Shown: positions 44,492 to 56,742, counted from the stretch's first letter. The stretch: 64,000 nucleotides of DNA from Bacteroidales bacterium (GCA_038248855.1 JBBRXA010000007.1:5997-69996); one strand, 5' to 3'. Made by a program: numbers and translations. Notes: generated by a model from the sequence alone, not told the origin.

Positions 44492-46369
44492 TCATTTAGG
44501 CTTATTCACCGCGGCTCCGCCCGGCTGTACGAGAGGAAAAAGTTTCAGGGAAGGTGATTTTATGAACGCGCCGGCATTGTACTCACTCCAGCGGCGGTCG
44601 ACCCTTTCAATTGTCTCAATGTCAGAACATACGACATTAGGCCACTCTCTCGGGAAGGAAGGCAGTGATCCCGATTTCGAAGTGGCATCGATGAACAGTC
44701 CTCCGCCGGCAGGCTTATAGATATCCCGTGCCGGATCACTGTTCCCGGTGACAAGCCATACGATCATGCCGAGATCACCTGTATCAGTGCCGTCATCAAC
44801 AGCAACGGATATGATGCCGTCATTCTGTATCGGTCCCGGAAGTGATGACACGAGCTCTTTCATATCAAAACCTTCAGCGGGCTTTCTGACCGTAATTATA
44901 ACAAGCGGGAGAGTCAGGTCGGAGAGGGTCTTTATCCCTGTGACAACTTCGTTTCGTATGCCCTCCACCGCTACCAGCCGCAGCGGAACGGTGATGAATT
45001 CCCGGGTTTTTTCCTCGTTCAGCTTCACTGTGGCGTCTATTCCCATTTTGCCCCCCATGCTGAATGTGTCTGAAGAGTGGTCAAGTACATCCAGCGGGCC
45101 CCGTGTCACCATCAGATCGGTTCCAAACCTGACATTTTCAAAGAGGGCTTCAGCCACTTTCCCGTAGTCGTGAAGCGGCACCCCGCTGTTAAGAACGACT
45201 ATGTATTTGCTGAACATCATCTGTCCTGCACCGAAGAGGGCATTGAGGACCTTCATTCCCTGGCCGGGGTAAGTTTTGTCGATGCTCACCAGTATCAGGT
45301 TATGGGCCACCCCTGACACCGGCATATGAAGATCCGTTATCTCCGGTGTGATCGCAAGTTTCAGGGGGGCAAGGAAAATCTTTTCTGTCGCTCTTCCTAT
45401 CCAGGCATCTTCCATGGGCGGAACCCCCACGATTGTGGAAGGATAAACGGCATTTTTGCGGTGGGTGATGCTGGTGACATGAAAACCGGGGTAGTAATCG
45501 GCAAGCGAATAGAAACCGGTATGGTCTCCAAATGGTCCTTCAAGCAGCAGTTCTTCAGAAGGGTCTACATATCCTTCAATAACTATGTCAGAATCGGCAG
45601 GTATCCAGAGATCATTTGTAATGCATTTTACCATATCCACTCTGCGGCCGCGAAGGAATCCTGCCAGCAGGTACTCATCGATGTTTTCGGGCATCGGTGC
45701 CGTGGCGGAGTAAGTATATACAGGGTCGCCACCCAGGGTAACCGTGACCGGCATCCTCCTTCCCGTCTCCTTCCAGGCCTGGAAGTGCCGGGCACCTGTC
45801 TTGTGCCTGTGCCAGTGCATTCCTGTCAGGTCAGGGCCCATAATCTGCATCCGGTACATTCCCAGGTTCGGCTTTCCGGTTTCAGGGTGTTTCGTATGGA
45901 CCAGAGGCAGGGTGATGAATTTTCCTCCGTCATGCGGCCAGCATTTCATCACGGGCAGTATTGAAAGGTCAGGCTTGCTGATGACCACTTCCTGGCATAC
46001 GCCCCTGCCTCTTTTTTTTTGGGGAGCCAGTTTAAGCAGCCTGAGCAAGCGCGGCAGCTGGCTTATTTTACTCAGGAGGTTCTTATCCCCGCTGATGGCG
46101 TCAAAAAGCGAAAGGATCTCATTACTCGCATCCTCAGGGGAGAAACGTCCGAGGGCCGCTGTCATGCGGCTGTCAGAGGCAAGGAAGTTAATGAGGAGAG
46201 AGAACTTTACACCTGTATCTTCAAACAGAAGCGCCTTACCCCCTGACTTAACCATACGGTCAGCTATCTCGGTCATCTCAAGGTCCGGATCGACGCGGCA
46301 TTTAACACGGCAGAGATCACCGCATGCATCAAGATGGCTGATATAGTCTGAAAGGCCGGAAAATGTCAT
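44492..46369 (-). CDS. UbiD-family (prenylated-FMN) decarboxylase, long menaquinone-biosynthesis type
   Basis: 625 aa with a UbiD core (GMYRMQI, GGDP, EGPFGDHTGFY) plus a C-terminal extension. Confidence 0.85.
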   Translation of the reverse strand: MTFSGLSDYISHLDACGDLCRVKCRVDPDLEMTEIADRMVKSGGKALLFEDTGVKFSLLINFLASDSRMTAALGRFSPEDASNEILSLFDAISGDKNLLSKISQLPRLLRLLKLAPQKKRGRGVCQEVVISKPDLSILPVMKCWPHDGGKFITLPLVHTKHPETGKPNLGMYRMQIMGPDLTGMHWHRHKTGARHFQAWKETGRRMPVTVTLGGDPVYTYSATAPMPENIDEYLLAGFLRGRRVDMVKCITNDLWIPADSDIVIEGYVDPSEELLLEGPFGDHTGFYSLADYYPGFHVTSITHRKNAVYPSTIVGVPPMEDAWIGRATEKIFLAPLKLAITPEITDLHMPVSGVAHNLILVSIDKTYPGQGMKVLNALFGAGQMMFSKYIVVLNSGVPLHDYGKVAEALFENVRFGTDLMVTRGPLDVLDHSSDTFSMGGKMGIDATVKLNEEKTREFITVPLRLVAVEGIRNEVVTGIKTLSDLTLPLVIITVRKPAEGFDMKELVSSLPGPIQNDGIISVAVDDGTDTGDLGMIVWLVTGNSDPARDIYKPAGGGLFIDATSKSGSLPSFPREWPNVVCSDIETIERVDRRWSEYNAGAFIKSPSLKLFPLVQPGGAAVNKPK

Positions 46370-46434
46370 CGAATAGTAGATTTATACAAAGATAAGCATT
46401 TCTGTTATGGTAAAAATCAGACTGCCGGGGGAGT

Positions 46435-46466
46435 ATAAAAAAGAGGCCCCGGTATTACGGAGCCTC
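46435..46466 (-). terminator. Rho-independent terminator after eno
   Basis: On the minus strand: GAGGCTCCG-TAATAC-CGGGGCCTC hairpin followed by TTTTTTAT. Confidence 0.7.
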
Positions 46467-46492
46467 CTGATGCTTGCGTTTACAGCAGGTTT

Positions 46493-47779
<1,287 letters not shown>

Positions 47780-47803
47780 TTAATTTATCAATATGCAATA
47801 TAC

Positions 47804-47837
47804 AAAAAAAGGGATATAGTCACCCGGACTGTATCCC
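47804..47837 (-). terminator. Rho-independent terminator ending the ribosomal alpha operon
   Basis: 11-bp stem GGGATACAGTC/GACTATATCCC (one G-U pair) with a 5-nt loop, followed on the minus strand by TTTTTTT. Confidence 0.7.
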
Positions 47838-47859
47838 TTTAATATTTCACTGTAAAATG

Positions 47860-48363
47860 TTATTCATCTTTCGAATCAGCAGAATCTTCTTTCTTCGGGG
47901 CAGCTTTTTCCTTAACAGCTGTCACAGCCTCTTCAGTTTTCTTCTTCGGGCTGCGGCGGCGGCGTGTTGCTTTTGCCTTTGCTGTATCTGCTGCAAGCAT
48001 GTTCTCATTGAAGTCGACGAGCTCAATAAGACACATTTCAGCTGCGTCACCAAGACGGTTTCCCAGTTTCAGTATGCGGGTATAGCCGCCGGGACGGTCA
48101 GTGATTTTGGGGGCCACTTCCCTGAACAGTTCTGAAACAGCTTCCTTATTTGCAAGATAGCTGAAAACAACTCTGCGCGAATGGGTCGAGTCTTCCTTTG
48201 ATTTGGTTATCAGCGGCTCGACATAGGTGCGCAGAGCACGCGCCTTGGCGTTGGTGGTGGTGATGCGCTTGTGAAGTATGAGTGATGATGCCATGTTGGC
48301 CATCATTGCCTTCCTGTCTGCGCTTTTCCTTCCCAGGTGATTTATAACTCTTAAATGTCGCAT
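47860..48363 (-). CDS. rplQ: 50S ribosomal protein L17 (with a K/E/A-rich C-terminal extension)
   Basis: [20 protein letters not shown] start. Lies after rpoA. Confidence 0.95.
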   Translation of the reverse strand: MRHLRVINHLGRKSADRKAMMANMASSLILHKRITTTNAKARALRTYVEPLITKSKEDSTHSRRVVFSYLANKEAVSELFREVAPKITDRPGGYTRILKLGNRLGDAAEMCLIELVDFNENMLAADTAKAKATRRRRSPKKKTEEAVTAVKEKAAPKKEDSADSKDE

Positions 48364-48385
48364 TTCTATCTATCCTTACCTGTTA

Positions 48386-49378
48386 TTAATCTTTATCCAG
48401 TTTATATTTTGCCACATCCATTCCGAATGAAAGGCTCATTGTCTCAAGCAGCTCGTCAAGTTCGGTGAGCGACTTCTTGCCGAAGTTGCGGAACTTAAGG
48501 AGGTCATTCTTATTGAATTTGACAAGATCACCCAGTGATTCAACCTCCGCTGCCTTGAGGCAGTTAAGGGCTCTGACTGAAAGGTCAAGGTCAACAAGTT
48601 TGGTTTTGAGAAGCTGGCGCATATGAAGGATCTCCTCGTCGAATTCTTCATTTGCCATTTTATCCTCGTAATCGATGGTTATCTTATCCTCAGAGAAAAG
48701 CATGAAATGGTATATGAGAATCTTGGCTGCTTCCTTGAGGGCGTCCTTCGGATGTATTGAACCGTCAGTGCTTATCTCGATGATAAGTTTCTCATAGTCG
48801 GTTTTCTGTTCAACCCTGTAGTTTTCAATTGCATACTTCACATTCCTGATGGGTGTGAAGATCGAGTCTACGGCTATCACTCCGAATTCTGCTTCGGCAG
48901 GCTGATTTTCCTCAGCAGGAACATAGCCCCTGCCCTTATTAATATTGAGCTCTATCTGAAGCTTCACATCGGATTCCATGTGGCAAATCACGTGGTCAGG
49001 ATTAAGCACTTCGAAGCTGCTCAGTACATTGTTGAGGTCTCCGGCTTTCAGCATTTCCTGGCCGGTTACCTTTATCACTATCTTTTCACTGTCAACATCC
49101 TCAACCATACGTCTGAAACGTACCTGTTTCAGATTCAGGAGGATCTCCGTTACGTCTTCAATGACTCCGGTGACGATGGAGAATTCATGGTCAACGCCTT
49201 CTATCTTGACTGTTGTGATGGCAAAGCCTTCGAGTGATGAAAGCAGTATGCGCCTGAGTGCATTGCCTACAGTTATACCGTAACCGGGTTCAAGCGGGCG
49301 GAACTCAAATTTTCCGTACTGATCGTCCGCTTCCAGTAATATTACTTTGTCAGGTTTCTGGAATGCTAGTATGGCCAT
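48386..49378 (-). CDS. rpoA: DNA-directed RNA polymerase subunit alpha
   Basis: 330 aa with [12 protein letters not shown] and a C-terminal domain carrying [10 protein letters not shown]. Confidence 0.97.
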   Translation of the reverse strand: MAILAFQKPDKVILLEADDQYGKFEFRPLEPGYGITVGNALRRILLSSLEGFAITTVKIEGVDHEFSIVTGVIEDVTEILLNLKQVRFRRMVEDVDSEKIVIKVTGQEMLKAGDLNNVLSSFEVLNPDHVICHMESDVKLQIELNINKGRGYVPAEENQPAEAEFGVIAVDSIFTPIRNVKYAIENYRVEQKTDYEKLIIEISTDGSIHPKDALKEAAKILIYHFMLFSEDKITIDYEDKMANEEFDEEILHMRQLLKTKLVDLDLSVRALNCLKAAEVESLGDLVKFNKNDLLKFRNFGKKSLTELDELLETMSLSFGMDVAKYKLDKD

Positions 49379-49396
49379 ATTGATATTATTACGTGA

Positions 49397-50005
49397 TTAC
49401 TTGGAATATAATTCAACGATAAGCTGTTCCTTGATAACTTCAGGTATTTCTGAACGTTCGGGAACACTCATATATTTACCGGCCATCTGAGTATCATCCC
49501 ACTCCAGCCATGCCAGTTTTGAACGGCGGTTTGAGTCGAGGCATTCTACGATGATCTCGAGAGACTTAGACTTCTCGCGTACCCCGATGATATCTCCGGG
49601 GCTAACGCCGAATGATGGAATATTAACAACATTGCCGTTGACTGTGATATGACGGTGTGATACCAGCTGACGTGCTGCTGCCCTGGAAGGGGCTACACCG
49701 AGACGGTAGACGACGTTGTCAAGACGTGACTCGAGCATCTGTAATAGGACAAGGCCGGTAATGCCGGGCCGGGCCTGTGCTTTCTCGAAGGTATTGCGGA
49801 ACTGGCGCTCAAGCAGTCCGTAGGTATATTTTACCTTCTGCTTTTCGCGAAGCTGAATTCCGTATTCAGAGGTCTTCTTTCTCTTTTTGCTGAGGCCGTG
49901 CTGCCCGGGCGGGAAACTCTTTCTGTCCAGGTATTTGTCAGGGCCGTAAATGGGCTCTCCGAATTTTCTTGCAATCCTAGTTTTTGGTCCAGTATATCTT
50001 GCCAT
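49397..50005 (-). CDS. rpsD: 30S ribosomal protein S4
   Basis: [16 protein letters not shown] start, 202 aa. Confidence 0.97.
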   Translation of the reverse strand: MARYTGPKTRIARKFGEPIYGPDKYLDRKSFPPGQHGLSKKRKKTSEYGIQLREKQKVKYTYGLLERQFRNTFEKAQARPGITGLVLLQMLESRLDNVVYRLGVAPSRAAARQLVSHRHITVNGNVVNIPSFGVSPGDIIGVREKSKSLEIIVECLDSNRRSKLAWLEWDDTQMAGKYMSVPERSEIPEVIKEQLIVELYSK

Positions 50006-50050
50006 TGAATTGTTTGTTTATCGATTATTGAAAATATGCATTTGAGGCTG

Positions 50051-50440
50051 TTATACCCTTCTTCTTGACGGCGGACGGCAACCGTTATGAGGCATCGGGG
50101 TGACATCAATGATCTCAGTGACTTCCACACCACTGTTCGAGATGGCGCGAATGGCTGACTCACGGCCTGAACCCGGACCCTTCACATACACCTTCACCTT
50201 ACGCAATCCCAGTTCAAAAGCAGTCTTGGTACACTCTTCAGCAGCTATCTGGGCAGCATAGGGAGTATTCTTCTTGGAACCCTTGAAGCCCATCTTTCCG
50301 GCAGAAGCCCATGAGATGACCTGCCCTGTGCTGTTCGTCAGACTTATTATTATATTATTGAATGAGGAATGAACGTGAGCCTGTCCTACAGATTCAACTT
50401 TAACGACCTTCTTTTTTAATGTCCCAGTCTTCTTTGCCAT
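50051..50440 (-). CDS. rpsK: 30S ribosomal protein S11
   Basis: 129 aa with [17 protein letters not shown] and a ...[13 protein letters not shown] end. Confidence 0.97.
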   Translation of the reverse strand: MAKKTGTLKKKVVKVESVGQAHVHSSFNNIIISLTNSTGQVISWASAGKMGFKGSKKNTPYAAQIAAEECTKTAFELGLRKVKVYVKGPGSGRESAIRAISNSGVEVTEIIDVTPMPHNGCRPPSRRRV

Positions 50441-50447
50441 ATTTTAA

Positions 50448-50825
50448 TTATTTAGTAGCTTTTTTCTTGTTAGCAACGGTCTTCTTGCGGCCTTTACGGG
50501 TACGGGCATTGTTCTTAGTGCTCTGTCCCCTTACCGGAAGTCCTATCCTGTGACGGATACCACGGTAACAACCGATATCCATCAGTCGCTTTATGTTAAG
50601 CTGTGTCTCTGAACGGAGTTCGCCCTCAAGCTTGTAGTTTTCAGAAAGGATCAGACGAATTGTATTGATGTTATCGTCATTCCACTCTTCAACCTTCACG
50701 TGCCTGTCAACACCTGCTTTGTCAAGCACTTTCTGTGCTGTGCTCCGTCCAACTCCATAGATATAAGTGAGAGCTATCTCTCCCTGCTTATTTCTTGGTA
50801 AGTCTACACCATTTATACGTGCCAT
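50448..50825 (-). CDS. rpsM: 30S ribosomal protein S13
   Basis: [13 protein letters not shown] start, 125 aa. Confidence 0.97.
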   Translation of the reverse strand: MARINGVDLPRNKQGEIALTYIYGVGRSTAQKVLDKAGVDRHVKVEEWNDDNINTIRLILSENYKLEGELRSETQLNIKRLMDIGCYRGIRHRIGLPVRGQSTKNNARTRKGRKKTVANKKKATK

Positions 50826-50862
50826 ATACCTCTTTTAATTTGAAGTGCAAAGTTAATTAAAT

Positions 50863-50979
50863 TTATCCCTGCCTCTGTTTGAACTTGGGATTTTTCTTGT
50901 TTATAACATACAGGCGCCCGTTTCTCCTGACAATCTTGCAGTCTACGGAACGCTTTTTTATTGATGCTCTAACTTTCAT
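50863..50979 (-). CDS. rpmJ: 50S ribosomal protein L36
   Basis: Hand translation gives [38 protein letters not shown]. Lies between infA and rpsM. Not in the ORF track. Confidence 0.93.
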   Translation of the reverse strand: MKVRASIKKRSVDCKIVRRNGRLYVINKKNPKFKQRQG

Positions 50980-50993
50980 TACCGTCGTATTTT

Positions 50994-51212
50994 CTATTTA
51001 AACCTAAATGTTATTCTTCCTTTTGTAAGGTCATAGGGTGACATTTCAACCTTCACCTTATCGCCCGGCAAAATCTTTATATAATGCATCCTCATCTTGC
51101 CTGATATATGGGCTGTAATGATATGCCCGTTTTCAAGCTTCACCCTGAACATTGCGTTCGAGAGTGCTTCGATGATTGTTCCATCAATCTCTATCGATGG
51201 TTGTTTGGCCAT
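50994..51212 (-). CDS. infA: Translation initiation factor IF-1
   Basis: 72 aa with [26 protein letters not shown]...AHISGKMR. Confidence 0.96.
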   Translation of the reverse strand: MAKQPSIEIDGTIIEALSNAMFRVKLENGHIITAHISGKMRMHYIKILPGDKVKVEMSPYDLTKGRITFRFK

Positions 51213-51216
51213 TTAC

Positions 51217-51993
51217 TTATCCTCTTTTTAAAACTTCTTCTATAAACTCAAATGTTGTCAGCAGAAAGGCTTTATCCTCCCTGACTGCAACAGCATATTC
51301 AAAATGTGCCGACGGTTTCCCGTCTCCTGTTCTCACAGTCCATCCGTCATTCAGAGTCCTGGTGTTTTTAGTCCCCATATTGATCATCGGCTCAATGCAG
51401 ATGACCATGTTTCTCTGCAGCTTCGGACCCGAACCCCGTTTGCCGAAGTTAGGTACTTCAGGGCCTTCATGCAGGTGTTTCCCGATGCCGTGCCCTACCA
51501 GGGTGCGGACAACTGAATATCCACCGCCTTCTGCCGTCGACTGTACCGCCCATGAGATGTCACCTATCCGTTTCCCCTCGACAGCTTCCCTTGCTCCGGC
51601 CTCGAGCGATGCCCGGGTGAAGTCGAGAAGCAGCTGTATCTCAGGCTTTATCTCTCCCACGGCAAAGGTGTACGCACTGTCACCGTAAAAACCGTTGAGG
51701 ATCACCCCGCAGTCGACCGATATGATATCGCCTTCCTTAAGGGTATAGCCAGACGGTATTCCGTGTACCACCTCGTCATTGACTGAAGTGCAGAGGGTGT
51801 TGGGAAAGCCTGCATAGCCCTTGAAACCGGGCAGTGCGTCGTTGTCACGGATATATGTCTCCGCGACGGCGTCAAGCTCCCGTGTTGTTACACCGGGCCT
51901 GATATTTTTGGCTACCTCAGCAAGAGTTCTGGAGACCAGCAAATTGCTCTCTCTCAATAACTCTACTTCTGCATCCGTCTTAATATAAATCAT
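51217..51993 (-). CDS. map: Type I methionine aminopeptidase
   Basis: DIISVDCG, GHGIG and EPM metal-ligand motifs. ATG 51993 is preferred over TTG 51996. Confidence 0.94.
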   Translation of the reverse strand: MIYIKTDAEVELLRESNLLVSRTLAEVAKNIRPGVTTRELDAVAETYIRDNDALPGFKGYAGFPNTLCTSVNDEVVHGIPSGYTLKEGDIISVDCGVILNGFYGDSAYTFAVGEIKPEIQLLLDFTRASLEAGAREAVEGKRIGDISWAVQSTAEGGGYSVVRTLVGHGIGKHLHEGPEVPNFGKRGSGPKLQRNMVICIEPMINMGTKNTRTLNDGWTVRTGDGKPSAHFEYAVAVREDKAFLLTTFEFIEEVLKRG

Positions 51994-52009
51994 CAAAGAA
52001 CGTAGTCAA

Positions 52010-53338
52010 TTAAATTGCCGTAACGGCACCGGTCCTGCCCTTGACACGGCCGGATTTCATAAGCCCGTCATAGTGGCGCATAAGCAGATGACTCTCTACC
52101 TGCTGTAGTGTATCGAGTACTACACCAACGAGAATCAGGAGCGATGTGCCGCCAAAGAACTGGGCAAATTCACCGCTGACCCCGGCATTCACCGCAAAGG
52201 CCGGCATAATTGCCACTATTGCGAGAAAAATGGAACCAGGAAGAGTAATGCGCGACATGACCGTGTCAATGAATTCAACAGTCTTGCGTCCGGGTTTGAT
52301 ACCCGGGACAAAACCGCCGTTCTTCTTCATATCTTCCGCCATCTGTACCGGATTAATTGTAACAGCTGTATAGAAGTAGGTGAAGACAATGATCATCAGC
52401 GCCGTAATAAGGTTGTACCAGAATCCGTACATATTCGTGAATGCTACCACAATTCCTGAGCCGCTTTCTGCATACCCGGCAAAAATGATGGGCAGCATCA
52501 TGATTGCCTGTGCAAAGATGATAGGCATTACACCTGCAGCGTTAACTTTAAGAGGAATGTACTGGCGAACTCCTCCGTACTGCTTGTTACCCACTATACG
52601 CCGTGCGTACTGCACCGGAATGCGTCTCGTTCCCTGTACAAGGAGAATGGAAGCAAGTATCACAATGAAAAGGAAGACAATTTCAACAAGAAGTGCAACC
52701 AGTCCTCCTGAACCGTTGATACGTGTTCCGGCTTCAAAAATAAATGATGCCGGGAAGCGTGAAAGAATACCCACCATGATTATCAGGGAGATACCATTGC
52801 CTATGCCTTTGTCAGTTATCTTCTCCCCGAGCCACATCACGAAGATGGTGCCGGCGGTAAGAATGATGACAGATGAAATTGTAAAGAATGTCCCGTTGAG
52901 CACAAAGGCTTCTGCCGGTAACACTGCATGAAGGTTGGCGAGGTAACTGGGTCCCTGGAGTGCAAGGATTAAGACTGTCAGATACCTTGTGTACTGGTTC
53001 AGCTTGCGCCTGCCGCTTTCGCCCTCTTTCTGCATCTTCTGGAAATAGGGGAAGACGATTCCGAGCAGCTGAATGACAATGGATGCCGAGATGTAGGGCA
53101 TGATACCCAGGGCAAATACAGATGCCTGTGAAAAGGCGCCACCCGAGAACATATCAAGCAGACCCATTATACCTGAGGAAGTCTGGCCCTTGAGATTTGC
53201 CAGCATGGAAGGATCGACACCGGGGAGGGTAATATATTTACCCAAACGGTACAATGCAACGATGAGAAGCGTGTAGATGATTCTTGCACGCAGATCCTCG
53301 ATCCTGAATATATTCCTTATGGTCTGAAAAAATTTCAT
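52010..53338 (-). CDS. secY: Preprotein translocase subunit SecY
   Basis: 442 aa with 10 TM helices and GIMPYISASI and GNGISLII motifs. Confidence 0.96.
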   Translation of the reverse strand: MKFFQTIRNIFRIEDLRARIIYTLLIVALYRLGKYITLPGVDPSMLANLKGQTSSGIMGLLDMFSGGAFSQASVFALGIMPYISASIVIQLLGIVFPYFQKMQKEGESGRRKLNQYTRYLTVLILALQGPSYLANLHAVLPAEAFVLNGTFFTISSVIILTAGTIFVMWLGEKITDKGIGNGISLIIMVGILSRFPASFIFEAGTRINGSGGLVALLVEIVFLFIVILASILLVQGTRRIPVQYARRIVGNKQYGGVRQYIPLKVNAAGVMPIIFAQAIMMLPIIFAGYAESGSGIVVAFTNMYGFWYNLITALMIIVFTYFYTAVTINPVQMAEDMKKNGGFVPGIKPGRKTVEFIDTVMSRITLPGSIFLAIVAIMPAFAVNAGVSGEFAQFFGGTSLLILVGVVLDTLQQVESHLLMRHYDGLMKSGRVKGRTGAVTAI

Positions 53339-53342
53339 GCTT

Positions 53343-53789
53343 CTACAGTTTTACTGCTGTTCCCTTAATTGCTTCGATTGCTGCCTGTGCCGATTTGCTG
53401 AAGGCATGTGCATGCACTTCAAGCTTGCGGGTAAGTTCACCTTTGCCGAGTATCTTGACAAGTGAATTTTTGTTTATCAGGCCTGCCGTAAGGAGTGTCT
53501 GAAAATCAATGAGTTCTGTGTCAAGTTTTGTTGCCAGAATCTCAACGGTGCTAAGGTTGATGGCTTTGTACTCAATGCGGTTGATATTTTTGAAACCTCC
53601 CTTGGGGACCCTTCTCTGCAGTGGCATCTGGCCGCCTTCAAAACCGACTTTCTTGCTGTAGCCTGAGCGTGATTTGGCACCCTTATGACCGCGTGTTGAT
53701 GTGCCGCCATGTCCTGAGCCTTCACCGCGACCGATACGCTTTTCTCTCTTGGTCGATCCTTCAGCAGGTTTTAGATTACTTAAATTCAT
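53343..53789 (-). CDS. rplO: 50S ribosomal protein L15
   Basis: MNLSNLKPAEGSTK..KR.GRG.GSG.G.T start, 148 aa. Confidence 0.96.
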   Translation of the reverse strand: MNLSNLKPAEGSTKREKRIGRGEGSGHGGTSTRGHKGAKSRSGYSKKVGFEGGQMPLQRRVPKGGFKNINRIEYKAINLSTVEILATKLDTELIDFQTLLTAGLINKNSLVKILGKGELTRKLEVHAHAFSKSAQAAIEAIKGTAVKL

Positions 53790-53816
53790 ATTGCAGTTTA
53801 TAATGCAGTTAATACC

Positions 53817-53996
53817 TTAAACGTTTTCAACTTTCACCAGGTGCCTCAGCTTCTCAACCATACCCATTATCTGGGGTGTGTCATCATGCTCAACAGTCTG
53901 ATGCATTTTCTTGATACCCAGCGCTGCCAGAATTCTCTTCTGATTTTCGGGCTGCCCGATTTTGCTCTTTGTCTGGGTTATTCTGATCTTGGCCAT
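53817..53996 (-). CDS. rpmD: 50S ribosomal protein L30
   Basis: Hand translation gives MAKIRITQTKSKIGQPENQKRILAALGIKKMHQTVEHDDTPQIMGMVEKLRHLVKVENV*. The track ORF 53890-54090 is in another frame. Confidence 0.92.
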   Translation of the reverse strand: MAKIRITQTKSKIGQPENQKRILAALGIKKMHQTVEHDDTPQIMGMVEKLRHLVKVENV

Positions 53997-54007
53997 ATCT
54001 GATATTA

Positions 54008-54523
54008 CTAACCGTTAAACACTTTATCCAATGAAACACTCCTTTGTTCAGCCACTGTGCTTGCATCACGCAGTTCAAGCAGCGCTGCAATCGTAGCTTT
54101 CACAAGGTTATGAGGGTTTGACGAGCCCTTTGATTTTGCGAGCACGTTTCTTATGCCTACGCTCTCAAGTACGGCACGCATTGCACCTCCTGCCTTAACA
54201 CCAGTACCTTCGGTAGCCGGTTTGATAAATACATAGGCTCCACCGAACTTTCCGTACTGCTCGTGAGGTATTGTACCCTTGAACACCGGAACCTTTATCA
54301 GGTTTTTCTTGGCGTCTTCAATTCCTTTCGCAATGGCTGTGGTTACTTCGCTTGCCTTGCCGAGACCGTGTCCCACGATCCCTTTCTCATCGCCAACGAC
54401 GACGATAGCCGAGAAGCTGAATGTACGTCCGCCCTTGGTAACTTTGGTAACCCTGTTGATGCTTACCAGTCTGTCGGTAAGTTCAAGATCGCTGTTCTTT
54501 ACTTTCTTTGTTGCGTATGCCAT
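54008..54523 (-). CDS. rpsE: 30S ribosomal protein S5
   Basis: 171 aa with [20 protein letters not shown]. Confidence 0.96.
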   Translation of the reverse strand: MAYATKKVKNSDLELTDRLVSINRVTKVTKGGRTFSFSAIVVVGDEKGIVGHGLGKASEVTTAIAKGIEDAKKNLIKVPVFKGTIPHEQYGKFGGAYVFIKPATEGTGVKAGGAMRAVLESVGIRNVLAKSKGSSNPHNLVKATIAALLELRDASTVAEQRSVSLDKVFNG

Positions 54524-54527
54524 CTGA

Positions 54528-54887
54528 TTAGAATTTTAAGCCGCCTTCACGTGCGCCGTCAGCCAATGATTTTACTCTGCCGTGATACTGGTATCCGCTT
54601 CTGTCGAAGACGACATTCTCGATGCCCTTCTCCTTGCAGATTTCAGCGATGCGCTTGCCAACAAGCACGGCTATTTCGCTCTTCTTCTTGCCGGTGACTG
54701 ATGCAATCTCCTTCACCCTCGAACCGGTCGAGGCCAGGGTTACACCGTTCACGTCGTCAATTGCCTGAGCATATATTTCTTTATTGCTGCGGAAAACCAT
54801 TAGGCGGGGTTTCTCAGCGGTTCCTCTGACCCGCTTGCGGATCCTCAGTCTGATTTTTGTTCTCTTTTCTGTTCTTGTTAAGGCCAT
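54528..54887 (-). CDS. rplR: 50S ribosomal protein L18
   Basis: 119 aa with RL.VFRSNK.IYAQ..DD and an ...AREGGLKF end. Confidence 0.96.
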   Translation of the reverse strand: MALTRTEKRTKIRLRIRKRVRGTAEKPRLMVFRSNKEIYAQAIDDVNGVTLASTGSRVKEIASVTGKKKSEIAVLVGKRIAEICKEKGIENVVFDRSGYQYHGRVKSLADGAREGGLKF

Positions 54888-54907
54888 GACTTTATAATTT
54901 GATCATG

Positions 54908-55462
54908 TTACACACCAGCCGATTTACCGGCTTTTCTTCTGAGCTGTTCACCCACAAATTTAATACCCTTGCCCTTGTACGGTTCAGGCGGACGCAGTGA
55001 TCTGATCTTGGCTGCAACATGACCGATGAGCTGTTTGTCAATGCTCTTGAGGGTAATCACGGGATTACTCCTCTTTTCGGTTTTTGTCTCTACCATTACT
55101 TCACCCGGCATCTCAATGATAATATCATGTGAATAGCCAAGGCTGAGTTCAAGATTCTGTCCCTTGGCTTCGGCACGGTAGCCTACACCAACCAGTTCAA
55201 GCTCTTTCTTATAGCCTGAAGAAACACCGACGACCATGTTATCAATGAGCGATCTGTAAAGACCGTGAAGTGATTTGGTACGTTTTTCGTCGTTCGGCCT
55301 TGATACTGTTAAATGGTTGTTATCCACTTCCACCCTGATGTCCTTGTCAAGTTGCTGCGACAATGTTCCCAGGGGGCCTTTCACACTTACCACGTTGGCG
55401 TCATTCACCGTAATGGTGACGCCTGCGGGCAGGTTTACAGGTAATTTTCCTATTCGTGACAT
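54908..55462 (-). CDS. rplF: 50S ribosomal protein L6
   Basis: MSRIGKLPV.LP.GV start, 184 aa. Confidence 0.96.
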   Translation of the reverse strand: MSRIGKLPVNLPAGVTITVNDANVVSVKGPLGTLSQQLDKDIRVEVDNNHLTVSRPNDEKRTKSLHGLYRSLIDNMVVGVSSGYKKELELVGVGYRAEAKGQNLELSLGYSHDIIIEMPGEVMVETKTEKRSNPVITLKSIDKQLIGHVAAKIRSLRPPEPYKGKGIKFVGEQLRRKAGKSAGV

Positions 55463-55479
55463 TTAAAATCTCCTCCTGA

Positions 55480-55875
55480 TTAGTATACATAACATAAAAC
55501 TTCTCCCCCGACGTTCTCCTTCACCGCCTCTTTCTCGGTCATAAGACCCTTGGAGGTGGAGAGGATTGCAATTCCGAGGCCGTTGAGGACTCTCGGGAGT
55601 TCATCCACTCCGGCATATTTCCTGAGTCCCGGACGGCTTATCCTCTGTATCGATTTGATAGCGGGCAGCTTGCTCTTCGGATTGTATTTAAGGGCAATTT
55701 TAATCTTACCCTGTACACCGTCATCGATAAACTTGTAGCTGAGGATATAACCTTTCTCGAAAAGTATCCTCGTGATATCCTTCTTCAGACCTGAAGCCGG
55801 TACCTCAACCACTTTATGTCCAGCTTTGGTGGCGTTCCTTACCCTGGTAAGAAAATCTGCTATTGGATCTGTCAT
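55480..55875 (-). CDS. rpsH: 30S ribosomal protein S8
   Basis: [15 protein letters not shown] start, 131 aa. Confidence 0.96.
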   Translation of the reverse strand: MTDPIADFLTRVRNATKAGHKVVEVPASGLKKDITRILFEKGYILSYKFIDDGVQGKIKIALKYNPKSKLPAIKSIQRISRPGLRKYAGVDELPRVLNGLGIAILSTSKGLMTEKEAVKENVGGEVLCYVY

Positions 55876-55914
55876 CTCTTATTATTATTTATTGTTTTTA
55901 TCTTCTATGGTTGG

Positions 55915-56184
55915 TTACCAGCTTGCTTTTTTTACACCCGGGATAAGCCCTTTCGAAGCCATCTCCCTGAAAGTGATCCTGCTGATACCGAACTGCCTCA
56001 TGTAGCCTCTCGGGCGTCCTGTCAGCTTGCATCTGTTGCGAAGTCTGATAGAACTGGAGTTGCGTGGCAGCAGGCTGAGTCCCACATAATCACCGTCTGC
56101 TTTCAGAGCGGCTCTTCTTGTGGCATATTTCTCTATAAGCTTGGCACGCTTCACCTCACGGGCTTTCATTGATTCTTTAGCCAT
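55915..56184 (-). CDS. rpsN: 30S ribosomal protein S14 (long, zinc-independent form)
   Basis: 89 aa ending ...[21 protein letters not shown]. Confidence 0.95.
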   Translation of the reverse strand: MAKESMKAREVKRAKLIEKYATRRAALKADGDYVGLSLLPRNSSSIRLRNRCKLTGRPRGYMRQFGISRITFREMASKGLIPGVKKASW

Positions 56185-56196
56185 ATTCCGATCTCT

Positions 56197-56742
56197 TTAT
56201 TTATTTTTAAATGGTATACCGAATTCCTTAAGAAGGGCATAAGCTTCTTCATCACTGCCGGCTGTAGTTACAAATGTCATCTGTAACCCCATGATCTTTA
56301 CGATCTTGTCTATATCTATCTCCGGGAAGATAATCTGCTCGGTGATCCCGAGGGTATAGTTACCGCGGCCGTCAAGCTTTGCACCAACACCCTTAAAGTC
56401 GCGTATACGCGGCAGGGCAACGGAGATGAGTCTCTCGAGAAACTCGTACATCTTGTCCTTGCGCAGTGTAACCATGACACCGATGGGCATCGCTTTTCTC
56501 AGCTTGAAGTTTGAGATATCCTTTTTCGAAATTGTCTGAACAGATTTCTGTCCGGCAATATCTGTCACTTCCTTCTGGCCCACTTCAAGCAGTTTCTTGT
56601 CGGCAATTGCCTGACCCAGCCCCTGGCTGATAACTATCTTTTCAAGCCTCGGAACCTGCATCACAGTTGTATAATTAAACTGCTTCATCAGCGCAGGCGT
56701 GATCTCACTCTTGTATTTTGTCTTTAATGCAGGCGTATACAT
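56197..56742 (-). CDS. rplE: 50S ribosomal protein L5
   Basis: 181 aa with [11 protein letters not shown] and RDF.G motifs. Confidence 0.96.
   Translation of the reverse strand: MYTPALKTKYKSEITPALMKQFNYTTVMQVPRLEKIVISQGLGQAIADKKLLEVGQKEVTDIAGQKSVQTISKKDISNFKLRKAMPIGVMVTLRKDKMYEFLERLISVALPRIRDFKGVGAKLDGRGNYTLGITEQIIFPEIDIDKIVKIMGLQMTFVTTAGSDEEAYALLKEFGIPFKNK

Noticed and set aside
45326-46346. Two long plus-strand ORFs (212 and 200 aa)
   Set aside because: Both are antisense to the well-supported UbiD-family gene. They are Arg/Gly/Cys-rich shadow ORFs with no recognisable domains.
53890-54090. 66-aa ORF-track entry between rplO and rpsE
   Set aside because: It is out of frame with, and overlapping, the genuine L30 gene (53817-53996) and the rpsE 3' end. 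L30 was identified by hand translation instead.
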